A stretch of 64,000 nucleotides of DNA from Eledone cirrhosa (GCA_964016885.1 OZ024756.1:6262001-6326000), one strand, 5' to 3'; positions 11,967 through 25,111 are shown, numbered from the stretch's first letter. Notes: a model not told the origin generated them from the sequence alone. Made by a program: numbers and translations.

Positions 11967-12003
<37 letters not shown>

Positions 12004-12080
12004 AAATACATATGTATATATACGTCTATATGTATATATACATAGATACATGTGTGTGCCTGTCTATATTGAAAGACACA

Positions 12081-12151
<71 letters not shown>

Positions 12152-12375
12152 TCAAATGAAATGCAATTACTCACAGACATATTTATCAATGATAGTTTTG
12201 GAAAATGTTTGGATTCTCTGCCATTCCTTGATAGCAGATATTATGTAATTACTCTAAGAGGAATGGAAGTCTGTACTACGTTGTGACTTGTAAACTGTTT
12301 CTAGACACTCAGACGCCATACCTTACTTTCGGACAGCTGTATTGTGGCATTGAGTACACTAGCACTTGCCTACAT

Positions 12376-12482
<107 letters not shown>

Positions 12483-12511
12483 CACTAGCACTTGCCTACC
12501 CCCTCTCTCTT

Positions 12512-12545
<34 letters not shown>

Positions 12546-12727
12546 CGTCCTTATTTGTTAAGTTGATGTAATATTCCATCTGCGCGAGAGTAGAACCGAT
12601 ATGACTTTTACCTACGTCTCTTTTCATGATTAATGTCTTTATGACCTGTAAGTCAGGTAACTGCGACACATCAGCATGTATACTGATAGCCATATTATAT
12701 ATATTGTGTGTGTATATATATATATAT

Positions 12728-12876
12728 ACAGAGAGAGAGAGAGCGAGAGAGAGAGAGAGAGAGAGAGACAGGGGGGATCGGGGGGAGACAGTGAGGAGAG
12801 GGAGAGAGGGTGGTGGACAGGGGGAGGAGGGTCAGAGGAACAAATCTATATGTTATTACGACAGATTAAATGTTTA

Positions 12877-12916
<40 letters not shown>

Positions 12917-13046
12917 GGAGAGTGGGAGAGAGAGAGGGTGGGGGAGGTGGGGGGGGGATAGTGAAGAGAGGGAGAGAGGGTGGTGGACAGGGGGAGGAGG
13001 GTCAGAGGAACAAATCTATATGTTATTACGACAGATTAAATGTTTA

Positions 13047-13087
<41 letters not shown>

Positions 13088-13488
13088 AATAGAGAGAGAG
13101 AGAGTGGGAGAGAGAGGGTGGGGGAGGTGGGGGGGATAGTGAAGAGAGGGAGAGAGGGTGGTGGACAGGGGGAGGAGGGTCAGAGGAACAAATCTATATG
13201 TTATTACGACAGATTAAATGTTTAAGAGAGAGAGAGAGAGAGTGGGAGAGAGAGGGTGGGGGAGGTAGGGGGAGACAGGGGAGAGAGGGTGGTGGACAGG
13301 GGGAGGAGGGTCAGAGGAACAAATCTATATGTTATTACGACAGATTAAATGTTTAAGAGAGAGAGAGAGAGAGTGGGAGAGAGAGGGTGGGGGAGGTAGG
13401 GGGAGACAGGGGAGAGAGGGTGGTGGACAGGGTGAGGAGGGTCAGAGGAACAAATCTATATGTTATTACCACAGATTAAATGTTTAAG
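12728..13488. repeat. Five G-rich tandem units with (GA)n spacers
   Basis: Core gagagggtggtggacagggggaggagggtcagaggaacaaatctatatgttattacgacagattaaatgtttaag x5. Confidence 0.95.
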
Positions 13489-13497
13489 CAATACCCA

Positions 13498-13650
13498 GGG
13501 CGGTGTATTGGCAGTATCGGTCGAGGGTCGAACGTCATGCTTTCCAGCATAATTACGTCACTTTACGATCTGAGTTCAAATCCCGCCGAGGTTGACTTTG
13601 CCTTTCATCCTTACGGGGTCGATAAAATAAAGTACCAGTAATGCACTGGG
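13498..13650 (+). mobile_element. tRNA-derived SINE, tail missing
   Basis: Head and core present; ends in a TA array. Confidence 0.8.
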
Positions 13651-13701
13651 TATATATATATACACATATATATATATATGTATATACATACATATATATA
13701 T

Positions 13702-13734
<33 letters not shown>

Positions 13735-13797
13735 CATACATATATATACACATATATATATATATGTATATACATGCATATATATATATACATACAT

Positions 13798-14408
13798 ATG
13801 GTGGCTGCCAACTCGTTTTCGAGTACGGCCACTACTTTATATCCATGTAGGAGAACTCCTACCGATGCGCTGAACGAGTGTGACTTTTTAGTCCAGCCAG
13901 CGACTTGAAAACTCTGGTACAAACACTACACCTGTGACAATTATCGACACATAGTGCTGGGCCCATGGTACCATGTGACGACAAGTGCAGAGAGATCTCC
14001 AGATATAAAGCAATGCCTGTGCCGTGAAGCTTTTATAGTGAGCAAAGGCACTGCACAAAGCCAGTCCCACTCTCTTAACCAAGATGATATTTACCAAAAA
14101 GAAGAACAAGTCAACATCATTGGATACCATCAGGGTTGCAGGTGTTATATCAGAGTTTTCCTTCTCCTAGAATTCTGCCTTGACAAAGGCTAAGGGGTCA
14201 TCTCTCCCAGTGATTTTGGATGGCCATTGACTCTTAAGAGCTCCTTTGCCCTTTGACAGGTTTTGTTTTTAGTCCTGCAGGATGTCCAAAGTCACCCTCC
14301 TCACCAAGAAACCTTAGTGGGGTTGCCAGTTTAGTCGCCAACGACCCGACCATGAGACAGGTTGTACTGGGATACATGTTACCAGTAGCACCAAGTGGTG
14401 ACCTGACA
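13798..14408 (-). mobile_element. Non-autonomous RTE-like element A, apparently full length
   Basis: High identity to five other copies; RTE-type 5' UTR motif ctaggagaaggaaaactctga; (ATGT)n tail; no coding capacity. Confidence 0.85.
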
Positions 14409-14744
14409 TAATACATACATATATATATATATATACATACATATATATATATATATATATCACAGAGATTTGTAGCTTTCTTGAAACATCGTTTAATATC
14501 AAAAACAAATTAAAATTTTGAAGACAAAACAATGCGTAAAAAGAATGTTAAATTGCCCAAATAACAAAAGAATCTTACCTTAGCAAATTAACGATCCCAA
14601 TATCATGGGAGGGACCCTATGGGAGACGTAAAAATCGATCGTATAGACTTGCTTGTATGGAAGCTGATTTTTCTGATCGATTTCTTTTGGCAATTTAACA
14701 TTCTTCATACGTATTGTGTTGATCTTCAAAATTTAAATTTTGTG

Positions 14745-14814
<70 letters not shown>

Positions 14815-14819
<5 letters not shown>

Positions 14820-14925
14820 AGCCAGTAAGACCCCGACTGCTGAGCTCAAGCCGTTTCGACGGCTAATTCTGAATTAGCCGTCGAAACGGCTTGAGCTCCG
14901 CCGTCGGGGTCTTACTGGTTCCTAT
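14815..14925. repeat. 111-bp palindrome
   Basis: 55-bp arms with 3 mismatches; axis at 14870. Confidence 0.95.
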
Positions 14926-15001
14926 TACCCACTCTACTACCTTAAGTATTGAGTACTTTGGTGCGTTATGGTCCACCTGGTTCCTTACCACATTTCCTTC
15001 G

Positions 15002-15056
<55 letters not shown>

Positions 15057-15329
15057 ATAGCGTTAGTAAATAATGCATGTTAATTATTGTTATAGGTCCC
15101 CCATTGCTATAATATAAACAAGGTAACTTCAGGTAAAAATCTGTTTTCGACACGGCATGGATGTGTTAATGTAGTCAGTCGGATGTTTACATTGAGATCT
15201 TGAGCAGAACATTTGCGAAATACGTGTCACGTTGGAAGAAGTAGAAGAAATATACGTTAAACTGAAAATCTCCATTCTCGCCCACTTTATATATCTAACA
15301 CTAAAGTCTGTTTCGCACTTGGAAGCTCA

Positions 15330-15590
15330 TAAAGTAGTGACGCCGTATTGAAATACAGCGTTTCTAGGGCATATTTAAACCTGCAGGCCCCACCCGTTTT
15401 ATATACAGTAGATGTCTTCCAGAGAAAGATAGGGAGAGTGACAAAAAAGAAGTGAGAAAAAGATATAGATGAATAATTTTTGACAAGTGCTTTTTTTATC
15501 AACCTCGGCAGAATTTGAAATCAGAAAGCATAGAACCGAAACAAATAGCGCCAAGCAATGTATCTGACGTTGTAACGACAATTCACCATC
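15330..15590 (-). mobile_element. Old SINE, long-tail subfamily
   Basis: Tail gccgtattgaaatacagcgtttctagg is similar to sequence at ~23390 and ~32780. Confidence 0.6.
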
Positions 15591-16152
15591 TATAGTATGT
15601 GTTTATTCATTAAACGATGTACTCATGCTTATGACAGAGCCGTATATAGACAGAGAGAGAAGTAACTTCATGTAGTATGTACATGAGAATAATATAATGA
15701 CGATTATATAGTATGTCGGCTTTTTGTCTGAAGGATAGCGAATTTGTATCCAGATTTAATACAATGTTTTGTGATACTCTATCTGACAATTTTGTGTCTA
15801 ATGATTCTATGTGTCGAAACGCCCATTCTCTTTCTAAGGCTGTATTTAATTCGAAGCCGAACGCTTCAATGTATGTGGTAATGAGATATTAGATGTTGAC
15901 ATATTTCAATGTGACATGTCTAATATAGTTCAGTAGTTACTAATGTCATTGTTATTGTTGTTCAATCAGTACCTTGGTCTCTATTACTCAAGCGGACATG
16001 TTAATGATTCGCTGATCAGTGATTTTTCTAGACCACCTTCTTACCTAGCCAATCATCTGTAATATATCCACTAATGAACTTATTCAAGCAATCAAAACAG
16101 AATTGAAGGATGTATTAATTGCTGTTACTCTTACTGTTCGGCTTGCTGTTGT

Positions 16153-16227
<75 letters not shown>

Positions 16228-16286
16228 TGTATGTGTGTGTGTGTGGTAACATGTATCACAGTACAATATATGTATGTATGTATGTA

Positions 16287-16873
16287 TGGTAACATGTATC
16301 CCAGTACAACCTGTCTCATGGTCGGGTCGTTGGCGACTAAACTGGCAACCCCACCAAGGTTTCTAGGTGAGGAGGGTGACTTTGGACATCTTGCAGGACT
16401 AAAAACAAAACCTGTCAAAGGGCAAAGGAGCTCTTAAGAGTCAATGGCCATGCAAAATCACCGGGAGAGATGACCCCTTAGCCTTTGTCAAGGCAGCATT
16501 CTAGGAGAAGGAAAACTCTGATACAACACCTGCAACCCTGATGGTATCCAATGATGTTGACTTGTTCTTCTTTTGGGTAACTATCATCTTGGTTAAGAGA
16601 GTGGGACTGGCTTTGTGCAGTGCCTTGGCTCACTATAAAAGCTTCAGGGCACAGGCATTGCTTTATATCTGGAGATCTCTCTGCACTTGTCGTCACATGG
16701 AACCATGGGCCCAGCACTATGTGTCAATAATTGTCACAAGTGTAGTGTTTGTACCAGAGTTTTCAAGTCGCTGGCTGGACTAAAAAGTCACACTCGTTCA
16801 GCGCATCGGTAGGGGTTCTCCTACATGGATATAAAGTAGTGGCCGTACTCGAAAACAAGTTGGCAGCCACCAT
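16287..16873 (+). mobile_element. Element A copy
   Basis: Reverse complement of 13798-14385; its first ~23 nt are duplicated at 16244. Confidence 0.9.
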
Positions 16874-17301
16874 GTATATATGTATGTATATATATGTGTG
16901 TATATGCTTATGTATAATATGTATGTATATGTATGTATATATATATGTGTATATGCTTATGTATAATATGTATGTATATGTATGTATATATATATATATG
17001 TGTATATGCTTATGTATAATATGTATGTATATGTATGTATATATAAATGTGTATATGCTTATGTATAATATGTATGTATATGTGTATATGTATATATATG
17101 TATATGTATATGTATATGCATATGCATATGTATGTATATATGAATTTATGTATATATATATGTTTATATGTGTATGTATATATATATATGTATATATATA
17201 TATAGTGGTGGAACACTGGAAGGTAATATTCGTAGTGGTAGAGCACTCAGTCCATGGGACGAGTTAGGTAGAAGTGGTTTCACAACAGTTAGTTCACCAT
17301 A

Positions 17302-17341
17302 CCGATAACAATTGTTTCACCTTAGCGGATCTTCAGCTCGG
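17302..17341 (-). ncRNA. Minimal type I hammerhead ribozyme (family H2) in TA-flanked island 17204-17580
   Basis: ccgag CTGAAGA t cc gctaa gg t GAAA caattg TT atcgg; palindromic stem III. Confidence 0.7.
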
Positions 17342-17613
17342 AATGGGCATTGTTATAGGAACAGGAAGGACAACCGTTCGAACGCGCATGCGCAGAAACC
17401 CGGTCACTTCAAACAAGCAATACTAGACTGCACGCGAGAGGTGTAACGGAGACAACTGCGAAAGTCCGAAATTTATTCAATAGGTGTTTGGCGACGTGTG
17501 GACAACGTGTGAAAAATTCATTTCCCATGTTTAGCCAATCACTATTGCGTAATCTCTTTAGAATAGTTATTCGTTCGTCCATATATGCATATGTGTATAT
17601 ATCTATATATATA

Positions 17614-17663
<50 letters not shown>

Positions 17664-18014
17664 GAGGTTATATTTTAATTTGTTGGGATACAACCAGCTA
17701 AAAATAGTTTTATAACTGATATAAAGCACTCAACAAATTTTTGAAGCTCCAACCGTTAAGGTTGCATTTTTTTCAGGGTATGTCAATATTTATTTATTTA
17801 TAAAACTAATCTGTATTGTATTTTATCCGATGAAAGCGCACCATAAACTGCCTTGGTGGCCCTTGAAATATGTATAATAAAATAAATATAGTTTTATAAA
17901 TATAGTTTCCATTTGTTAATATATTGTATATATGTGTGTGTGTATATGTATATATATGTGTATGCATATGAATGTATATGTGTACGTATGTGGATATATA
18001 TATGTATATATATA

Positions 18015-18203
18015 ATTGTTTCTACTTTTGGCACAAGGCCAGCAATTACCCGGTGCCTTACTGGTACTTTATTTTATCGACCCCGTAAGGATGAAAGGCA
18101 AAGTTAACCTCGGCGGGATTTGAACTCAGAATGGCAAGGGCAGTAACTCTATGCGTCAACTCATGGCGTTCAACCCTCTACCGATACTGCCAATTCACCG
18201 CCC
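18015..18203 (-). mobile_element. tRNA-derived SINE with Deu/Nin-like core
   Basis: Full copy; a partial variant follows at 18220-18368. Confidence 0.85.
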
Positions 18204-18573
18204 TATATGTATATATATAATGATTTCTAATATAGGCACAAGGCCAGTAATTTTGGGGGAGGGTAAAGTCGATTAAATCGACCCTAGTATGTTACTAGTA
18301 CTTTATCTTATCAACCACGTAAGGGTGAAAGGCAAAGCTAACTTCGACGGGATTTGAAATCAGACCTTATATATATAATAATATAAAAGGGAACAAGAAT
18401 CGACGTTGCATCATATATACCTATTTAATTACATATGTTTCACTGTCGATCGGCTCGATGAGAAATCGATTAATGATCGAACCTGTCTCTGGAATCGGAG
18501 GCTCCTCAGATATGTGGTAACATGTAGACTCGCCTGTATGTATGTATGTATGTATGTATGTATGTATGTATGT

Positions 18574-18962
18574 ATGTCAAGGCAGAATTCTAGGAGAAGG
18601 AAAACTCTGATGTAACACCTGCAACTCTGATGGTATCCAATGATGTTGACTTGTTCTTCTTTTTGGTAAATATCATCTTGGTTAAGAGAGTGGGACTGGC
18701 TTTGTGCAGTGCCTTTGCTCACTATAAAAGCTTCACGGCACAGGCATTGCTTTATATCTGGAAATCTCTCTGCACTTGTCGTCACAGGGTAACATGGGCC
18801 CAGCACTATGTGTCAATATTTGTCACAAGTGTAGTGTTTGTACCAGAGTTTTCAAGTCGCTGGCTGGACTAAAAGGTCACACTCGTTCAGCGCATCGGTA
18901 GGGGTTCTCCTATATGGATATAAAGTAGTGGCCGTACTCGAAAACGAGTTGGCAGCCACCAT
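18574..18962 (+). mobile_element. Element A, 5'-truncated
   Basis: 3' 390 bp of element A, between (TATG)n arrays. Confidence 0.9.
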
Positions 18963-19140
18963 GTATGTATGTATGTATGTATGTGTGTATGTGTGTATGT
19001 GAGTGAGTGAGTGTGTGTGTGTGTGTATGTGTGTGTGTGTGTGTGTGTGTATTTACGCTTAGGTTTGACAATAGAATTTAAAATATGCTGAATCAAAGTC
19101 AAGCTAGAGCCTTCTCACTCTAGAGTTCCGTCTATATATA

Positions 19141-19201
<61 letters not shown>

Positions 19202-19203
19202 CA

Positions 19204-19380
19204 TGGCGTAGTGGTAAGTTTGTTGGACTTACGACCATAACGTTGTGGGTTCATTTCATGTTGCTCTAGCATACTCAACCAAGAATGAGTATCAGCAATA
19301 GCTGGGAGTTTAAACCTGCGATGGACTGGCGTCCTGTCCAGGGGAAAGTATTTTACCCTCAGGTTAACGCCATGGAAATT
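19204..19380 (+). mobile_element. tRNA-derived SINE with V/Meta-like domain
   Basis: ggcgtagtggtaag head; cctgcgatggactggcgtcctgtccagggg. Confidence 0.6.
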
Positions 19381-19561
19381 CTCGCACTTTGAAGCTCATA
19401 AATACTGTTGAATGCATGTCTTTCGTTTGAAAAATGTTAGTGCCAGGAAGAGCATCTGATCTTCTTTTCTTGTCTTGTTACAGCTCACACCTATGCACGT
19501 TTAGCTGGCCTCCTTCAAGGTATATCTCGTTGGAGGTGTCTTGGGTGATTTAATGATAGGG

Positions 19562-19710
19562 ACCCCAGTCCTATCATCTCATTTCTACAGCTGAGTAAAC
19601 TGGAGCAACGTGAAATAAAGCGTCTTGCTCAACAACACATGAAAACAACATATCACCCGGTCCGAGAATTGAACTTACAATGCTCTAACCACTAAGCTCT
19701 GCGCCTTCAT
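19562..19710 (-). mobile_element. tRNA-derived SINE fragment
   Basis: Similar to 29372-29530. Confidence 0.7.
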
Positions 19711-20542
19711 CTGATAGTAAATAACACATAAAAAATGACAAAGTTGAGGGAGCAAACAAGGCTAACCCTACTTCAGCGTGGAATGTGGCCTAAAACAGCT
19801 TCTTGTATGAAAATGAAATTTAAATATAAACATTCTCATTGCTAGAATACATTGGCACAAGAACATACATTTTGAGAATGGATATAATCTTTTAAATTAC
19901 TTTCAGTACTTAACTGTTTCTTACACAGTTTATCAGTATCAGAAGAATAACTGGTTAATGAAACCCAGCTTAATTTGAACTCAGTGAGTTCAGAGTCGGA
20001 ATCAAATGTTGATACTCAAGTCATTCTGCCAGGTGGTAATCTGGTAGAGCTGTTACAGAGTTGGGCAGTAGCAGAGCTGTGTTTTAAAATAAAATAAAAA
20101 TAAAAAACAGCTGAAAATCTTTCATTGATCTGAAATATGGCCACAGGACAAGAAATGAAAAGAAAAGATAATTAAACTTAGCTGAGCGGTGAAACTACGC
20201 CTCTGCATCTTAGCAGTAGACGGTCACTGTTATCTGGATGTCCTGGCTGGTTTTAAGACCCAGTCCTATTGAAACTATGTATAACATGCCTTGCGGGTTT
20301 TGTTCCAACTCTGTGCATTCTAAGTTTAAATCTCACCTCTATCATCAAATAAATTTAGCATATATATCAAATCTATATTAATCAACGTTTTATAAATTAC
20401 GGCTTTTCAATATTGTACTGGAAAAAAAATTGAGACAGAAAACAATAAAAATCTTAAGCGCGACCGTGGACTACATACAGTATTTCCCGGTGCCGAAGAC
20501 GCTTCGTCCCTGATGACCACAAATTTGAAAAGAAAAAAAAAA

Positions 20543-20733
20543 ATTGTTTCAACTTTTGGCACAAGGCCAGTAATTATTCCAGTGCATTACTGGTACTTTA
20601 TTTTATCGACCCCGTTAGGATGAAAGGCAAAGCTAACCTCGGCGGGATTTGAACTCAGACCATAAAATGGCGTAACTATGCTGGAAAGCATGGTGGCGTC
20701 CGACCTACTACATATACTGCCAATCCACTGCCC
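20543..20733 (-). mobile_element. tRNA-derived SINE with Deu/Nin-like core
   Basis: Full copy. Confidence 0.85.
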
Positions 20734-21274
20734 TTAATTTGAAAAAAAAAATAAACAACTTTCGGTCTCCAGGACGCAGGGTAGATTTTTAAGACTTATT
20801 TTAGGAAGAAATTAGCCGCGAAATACAGTGCATTAGGCTCACATAATAGCTATATGTAAAATACAGAAAATTGCTGGACATATTGCGGATTTGCTCAGTG
20901 TATTTATACCATTGTAAAGTTAATGCAAAATCTGTGTAGCTTTCAAAGCTTTGACCGATATAAAAACACTAGACTAGAACTTCGTATTAAACATGTACAT
21001 GGAGGTCTTGCGGAACTAAATCAAACGTTAATAATACGAGGACAAAATTGAAAAGACAATGTTTTAATGTGAATATATAATGAAGATAATAGTCGCCTTT
21101 CTTAAAGGAATCTGGACGATCGTGTCAAGAAAAACAGTGTTTTCTTTTCGCACCAACTTCAATAGACAGGGTTTTTACATTAACCATATATCTATGACAG
21201 AGGTTTATACAACTTGAGCAGAGATTTTCGTATTCCATTGCTTTGACTTCCATTGTCATTCTGATATTTTCTTT

Positions 21275-21544
21275 GTCTGTGTGTGTGTTGTGTGTGTTGC
21301 GAGTGTTGCGTGTGTGAGTGTGTGAATGCGTGTGAGTTAGTGCGTGTGTATGTGACTGTGTGTGTGACAGTGTTTGTGTCTGTGTGTCTGTGTTTGTCTA
21401 TGTGTGTGTCTGTGTGTGTGTGTGTGTCTGTTTGTGTAGGTATGTTTGTGTATGCGTGTCTGTGTGTGTGAGTGGGTGTGTATGTGTGTGTGTCTGCGTG
21501 TCTGCCTGTGTGTATGTGTGTGTCGGTGTGTGTGTCTGTGTGTA

Positions 21545-21579
<35 letters not shown>

Positions 21580-21750
21580 CTGTGTGTGTATGTCTGTCTG
21601 TGTGTGTGTCTGACTGTGTGTGCGCGCGCGTGTGTACGTCTGCGTGTGTCTTGTGTCTGTACGTGTGCCTGTGTGTGTGTGTGTGTATATCCTCTGACTG
21701 TGCGTATGTACGTGTGCCTGTGTGTGTGTGTCCTTACTGTTTGTGTACGG
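21275..21750. repeat. Degenerate (GT)n array
   Basis: Visible. Confidence 0.9.
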
Positions 21751-21914
21751 CAGAGACCTGGGTTGTTTACGCAGAGATAACAGTGCTGAGCTAGAAGAAA
21801 TAAAAGACATTTTATAAAAGATTTCTGTTAGTTCATCACTTTACAATCTTCCGATTAAAATATAAACTGTAATCCCTTCGTCTAGTAAAGTAAATATCGT
21901 CTCCAGAGAAAAAC

Positions 21915-22290
21915 ACACCACCACCACCCGCCAATATCACCGCCACCAACACCACCACCACCACTAGCAATATCACCACCACCACCGCCGCCGCCAATAT
22001 CACCGCGAGCACCACCACCAACACCAATATCACCACCGCTGCCAATATCACCGCCACCACCACCACTACCAGTATCACCGCCACCCCCGCCGCCAATATC
22101 ACCACCACCACCACCACCAATATCACCACCACCACCACCACCACCAATATCACCACCACCACCACTATCACCACCGCCGCCAAGATCACCGCCACCACCA
22201 CCACCACTACCAGTATCACCGCCACCACCGCCGCCAATATCACCACCATCACCACCACCACCAATATCAACCCCCCCTCCGCCACCTTCA
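21915..22290. repeat. (ACC)n-derived minisatellite (accaccgccaatatc)
   Basis: Visible. Confidence 0.85.
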
Positions 22291-22600
22291 CTGCTGTTAA
22301 AATAACAATAATATTGTAGGTGTAATGAGATAAGGTGATCAGGTACTTGCTTTTCAACGTGTTGGTGTATATAGAAAGTATGAATAAATGATAGAATAGA
22401 TTAGAGATCTTTTATGGGGGAGGTAAAAAAAAAAGAGAACAATAAATGACGAAGCAGAATAAACAAGAGGAAAGGAATTGTTTCCCATCTTTGGTAGACG
22501 CTTCTTGTATATAAAAACAGACGAATGCTATCATTTCTTTTATCTATTTGTCAGCGAAACCAGGAGAGTCTTGTTATGTTTTCCCTTGTATCTTAATGAA

Positions 22601-23692
22601 ATAATTGTTTCTACTTTCGGCACAAGGCCAGCAATTACTCAGTACATTACTGGTACTTTATTTTATCGACCCCGTAAGGATGAAAGGCAAAGTTAACCTC
22701 GATCGGATTTGAACTCAGACCGTAAAGGGACTTAACTATGCTGGAAAGCATGGCGTCCGACCCTCTACCTATACTGCCAATTCACCGCCCTACGTTTCTT
22801 AATGTAATAATTGTTTCTACTTTCGGCACAAGGCCAGCAATTACCCAGTGCATTACTGGTACTTTATTTTATCGACCCCGTAAGAATGAAAGGCAAAGTC
22901 AACCTCGGCGGGATTTGAACTCAGATCATAAAGGGATGTAACTTTCTTAATGTAATAATGGTTTCTGATTTAGGCACAAGGACAACAATTTTTCAAGGGG
23001 AAGGGGCAAGTCGTTTAAAACGGCCCCATTGTGTTACTGGTACTTTACATTATTGACCTCGTAGGGGATAAAAGGTAGAGTTAACTTTGGTGGTATTTTA
23101 AGTTAGAATGTAAAGCGCCGTAACTCCATGCTGTAGCTCCGTAGGGATACAAGTTAGAGCTAACCTCGGCGGTATTTGAACTCGGGACGTAAAGTGCCGT
23201 AACACTATGCCGTAACCCCGTAGGGTTGAAAGGCAGAGCTAACCTCGGCATTATTTGAACTCAGAATTTAAAGAGCCATAAATCTATGCCGCAAAGCATA
23301 TTGTAGGGCGCTCTACCGATTATACCAAACCACCACCCTCTTGATGTAATGTATACATGGTCCCTTAATTCATGTGAGAGTCTCAGGGACGCCGTTTTGA
23401 CATACATCCTTTCTAGGACCAGTTTTAAAAACTTTGTGGAGCCCATCGCCTCTCAAGGTCTGAATACACCAGATATCTTTTAGAAAAGGATAGAGAGAGT
23501 GAAAGAGAGGAAGTGAGAAAGAGATATTGAGCAGGAATCGACCCCAGCACACGACTGGTACTTTTGAATTGACCTCGGATGGATGAAAAGCAAAGTTGAC
23601 TTGGGCAGGATTTGAACTCAGCTATCAGAGAGTCAGAACAAATACCACAAAACATTCTATCTGACGCTCTACCGATTCTACCAATTCACCGC
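22601..23692 (-). mobile_element. Cluster of four SINE copies, one with an internal ~80-bp triplication
   Basis: Copies at 22601-22790, 22808-22945, 22958-23340 (core repeated at ~23061/23141/23220) and 23355-23692. Confidence 0.8.
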
Positions 23693-23817
23693 CTTCTTCA
23701 TATAATAACTATAGTGATAAAATGTTGAGAAATCTAAAAAACAAATCTTATGAAGTCAGCTTCATTTTAAACTACAATATAGTCAACATTACTGTTGACA
23801 CTACAACTCGTTTTATA

Positions 23818-23993
23818 GAGTTAAAATTCCGTTATAACGATTTTTTTCAGTATAACGAATTTTTTTCAATACAATACCCCGGGTAACAACAAACAAACGA
23901 TCGATGTGTTTCGGTCTATCTCGTTACAAAGAATTTTTCGTTACAACAATTGTTTTATACCCCTTGAATTTCGTTATAACGTAATTTTAATTG
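23818..23993. mobile_element. Tc1/pogo-like MITE
   Basis: Inverted ends gttaaaattccgttataacga / tcgttataacgtaattttaat near TA; an extra right end lies at 24195-24223. Confidence 0.65.
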
Positions 23994-24374
23994 ATATAGT
24001 CACAACTTGATACCATCTGCATAGTAAAAGTACCTTATTCTTGTTAAAGTTTCTTTCTACCTCTCCTATCGCTCTAGTCTACATTTTTCTCCTCGTCTCC
24101 CCCCCTCTCCCTTTAACCCCCTCTTTTCTCATTTCTTTCTCTATCTCTCTCCCCGTTCGATTTGTTGATATATCTTAATTTTTTTTATACACCGTGAATT
24201 TCGTTATAACGGAATTTCACTTTATACAGTCAGAACTTGATACACCGAATTAAGATGCCCAGCTCCACCAGAAGCTACTTCGTGGTCATTTGACTAATTA
24301 GATACAGTATAACCCCCCCCCCCCCCCCCCTTACACACACACACACACATACACACACACACAAACATTACATA

Positions 24375-24556
24375 ACTGTTTCTACTTTAGGCACAAGGCC
24401 AGCAATTACCCAGAGCATTACTGGTACTTTATTTTATCGACCCCGTAAGGATGAAAGGCAAAGTCAACCTCGGCGGGATTTGAACTCAGATCGTAAAGGG
24501 ATGTAACTATGCTGGAAAGCATGGTCTCTGACCCTCTACCGATACTGCCAATCCAC
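24375..24556 (-). mobile_element. tRNA-derived SINE with Deu/Nin-like core
   Basis: Near-full copy. Confidence 0.85.
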
Positions 24557-25111
24557 ACACACATTACATAACAACGAACTCTTTTAATAAATGAAGCCCA
24601 CAGTGAACAATATGCTATTGACAACATCCATGAGCTCGATTTGTCTTATTTGAGTATCAGGTCGGATCAGTTGGAGAGGGGACTTTGCCTCTGATATGAC
24701 CCTCCGGAAGGCGTGTCTGAGGATTCCACCTCACGACCCTACCAAGAAGAAAAAAAATACTAAAAATAAAAGAATATATAGCGTCCTTCATTTGTAATAT
24801 GATAAGAAAAGTGTAACGAGGGACCTCCATTCCATCGCACCAGTATCATCTACTCAATTTAGACAACATTTATACGACTATAGCTTCTCTCAAAATTTGT
24901 AACATTTCCAATAAATTAAACCATAGAAACGATAGCAACAAATCAATTTATAGAACAAAACAATTTCCTATTTTTCCCTATAAATAACTGATTTGTTTTC
25001 TTTGTTTTTTGCCGTGAACTTCACGTCTTTTATTCAGGTTTAGTATATAACGATACATTGGTCAAACAGAAAGCAGCATTGGAAAGGGCTTTGCATTGGA
25101 ATACCCTAGAT

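Noticed and set aside
12728-13488. CRISPR-like conserved block with variable spacers
   Set aside because: Spacers are GA microsatellite length variants of a tandem repeat
13611-14193. Recurrent ORFs MVSNDVD.. / MYQSFQV.. / MLGPW..
   Set aside because: They recur only because element A is repeated; no domain, and they overlap on both strands
18424-18515. CTGAGGA..GAAA catatg TA on the minus strand
   Set aside because: The core and palindromic stem III are present, but stem I is only 2 bp and stem II is poorly paired
20505-20535. CTGATGA..GAAA
   Set aside because: No stem I, II or III complementarity
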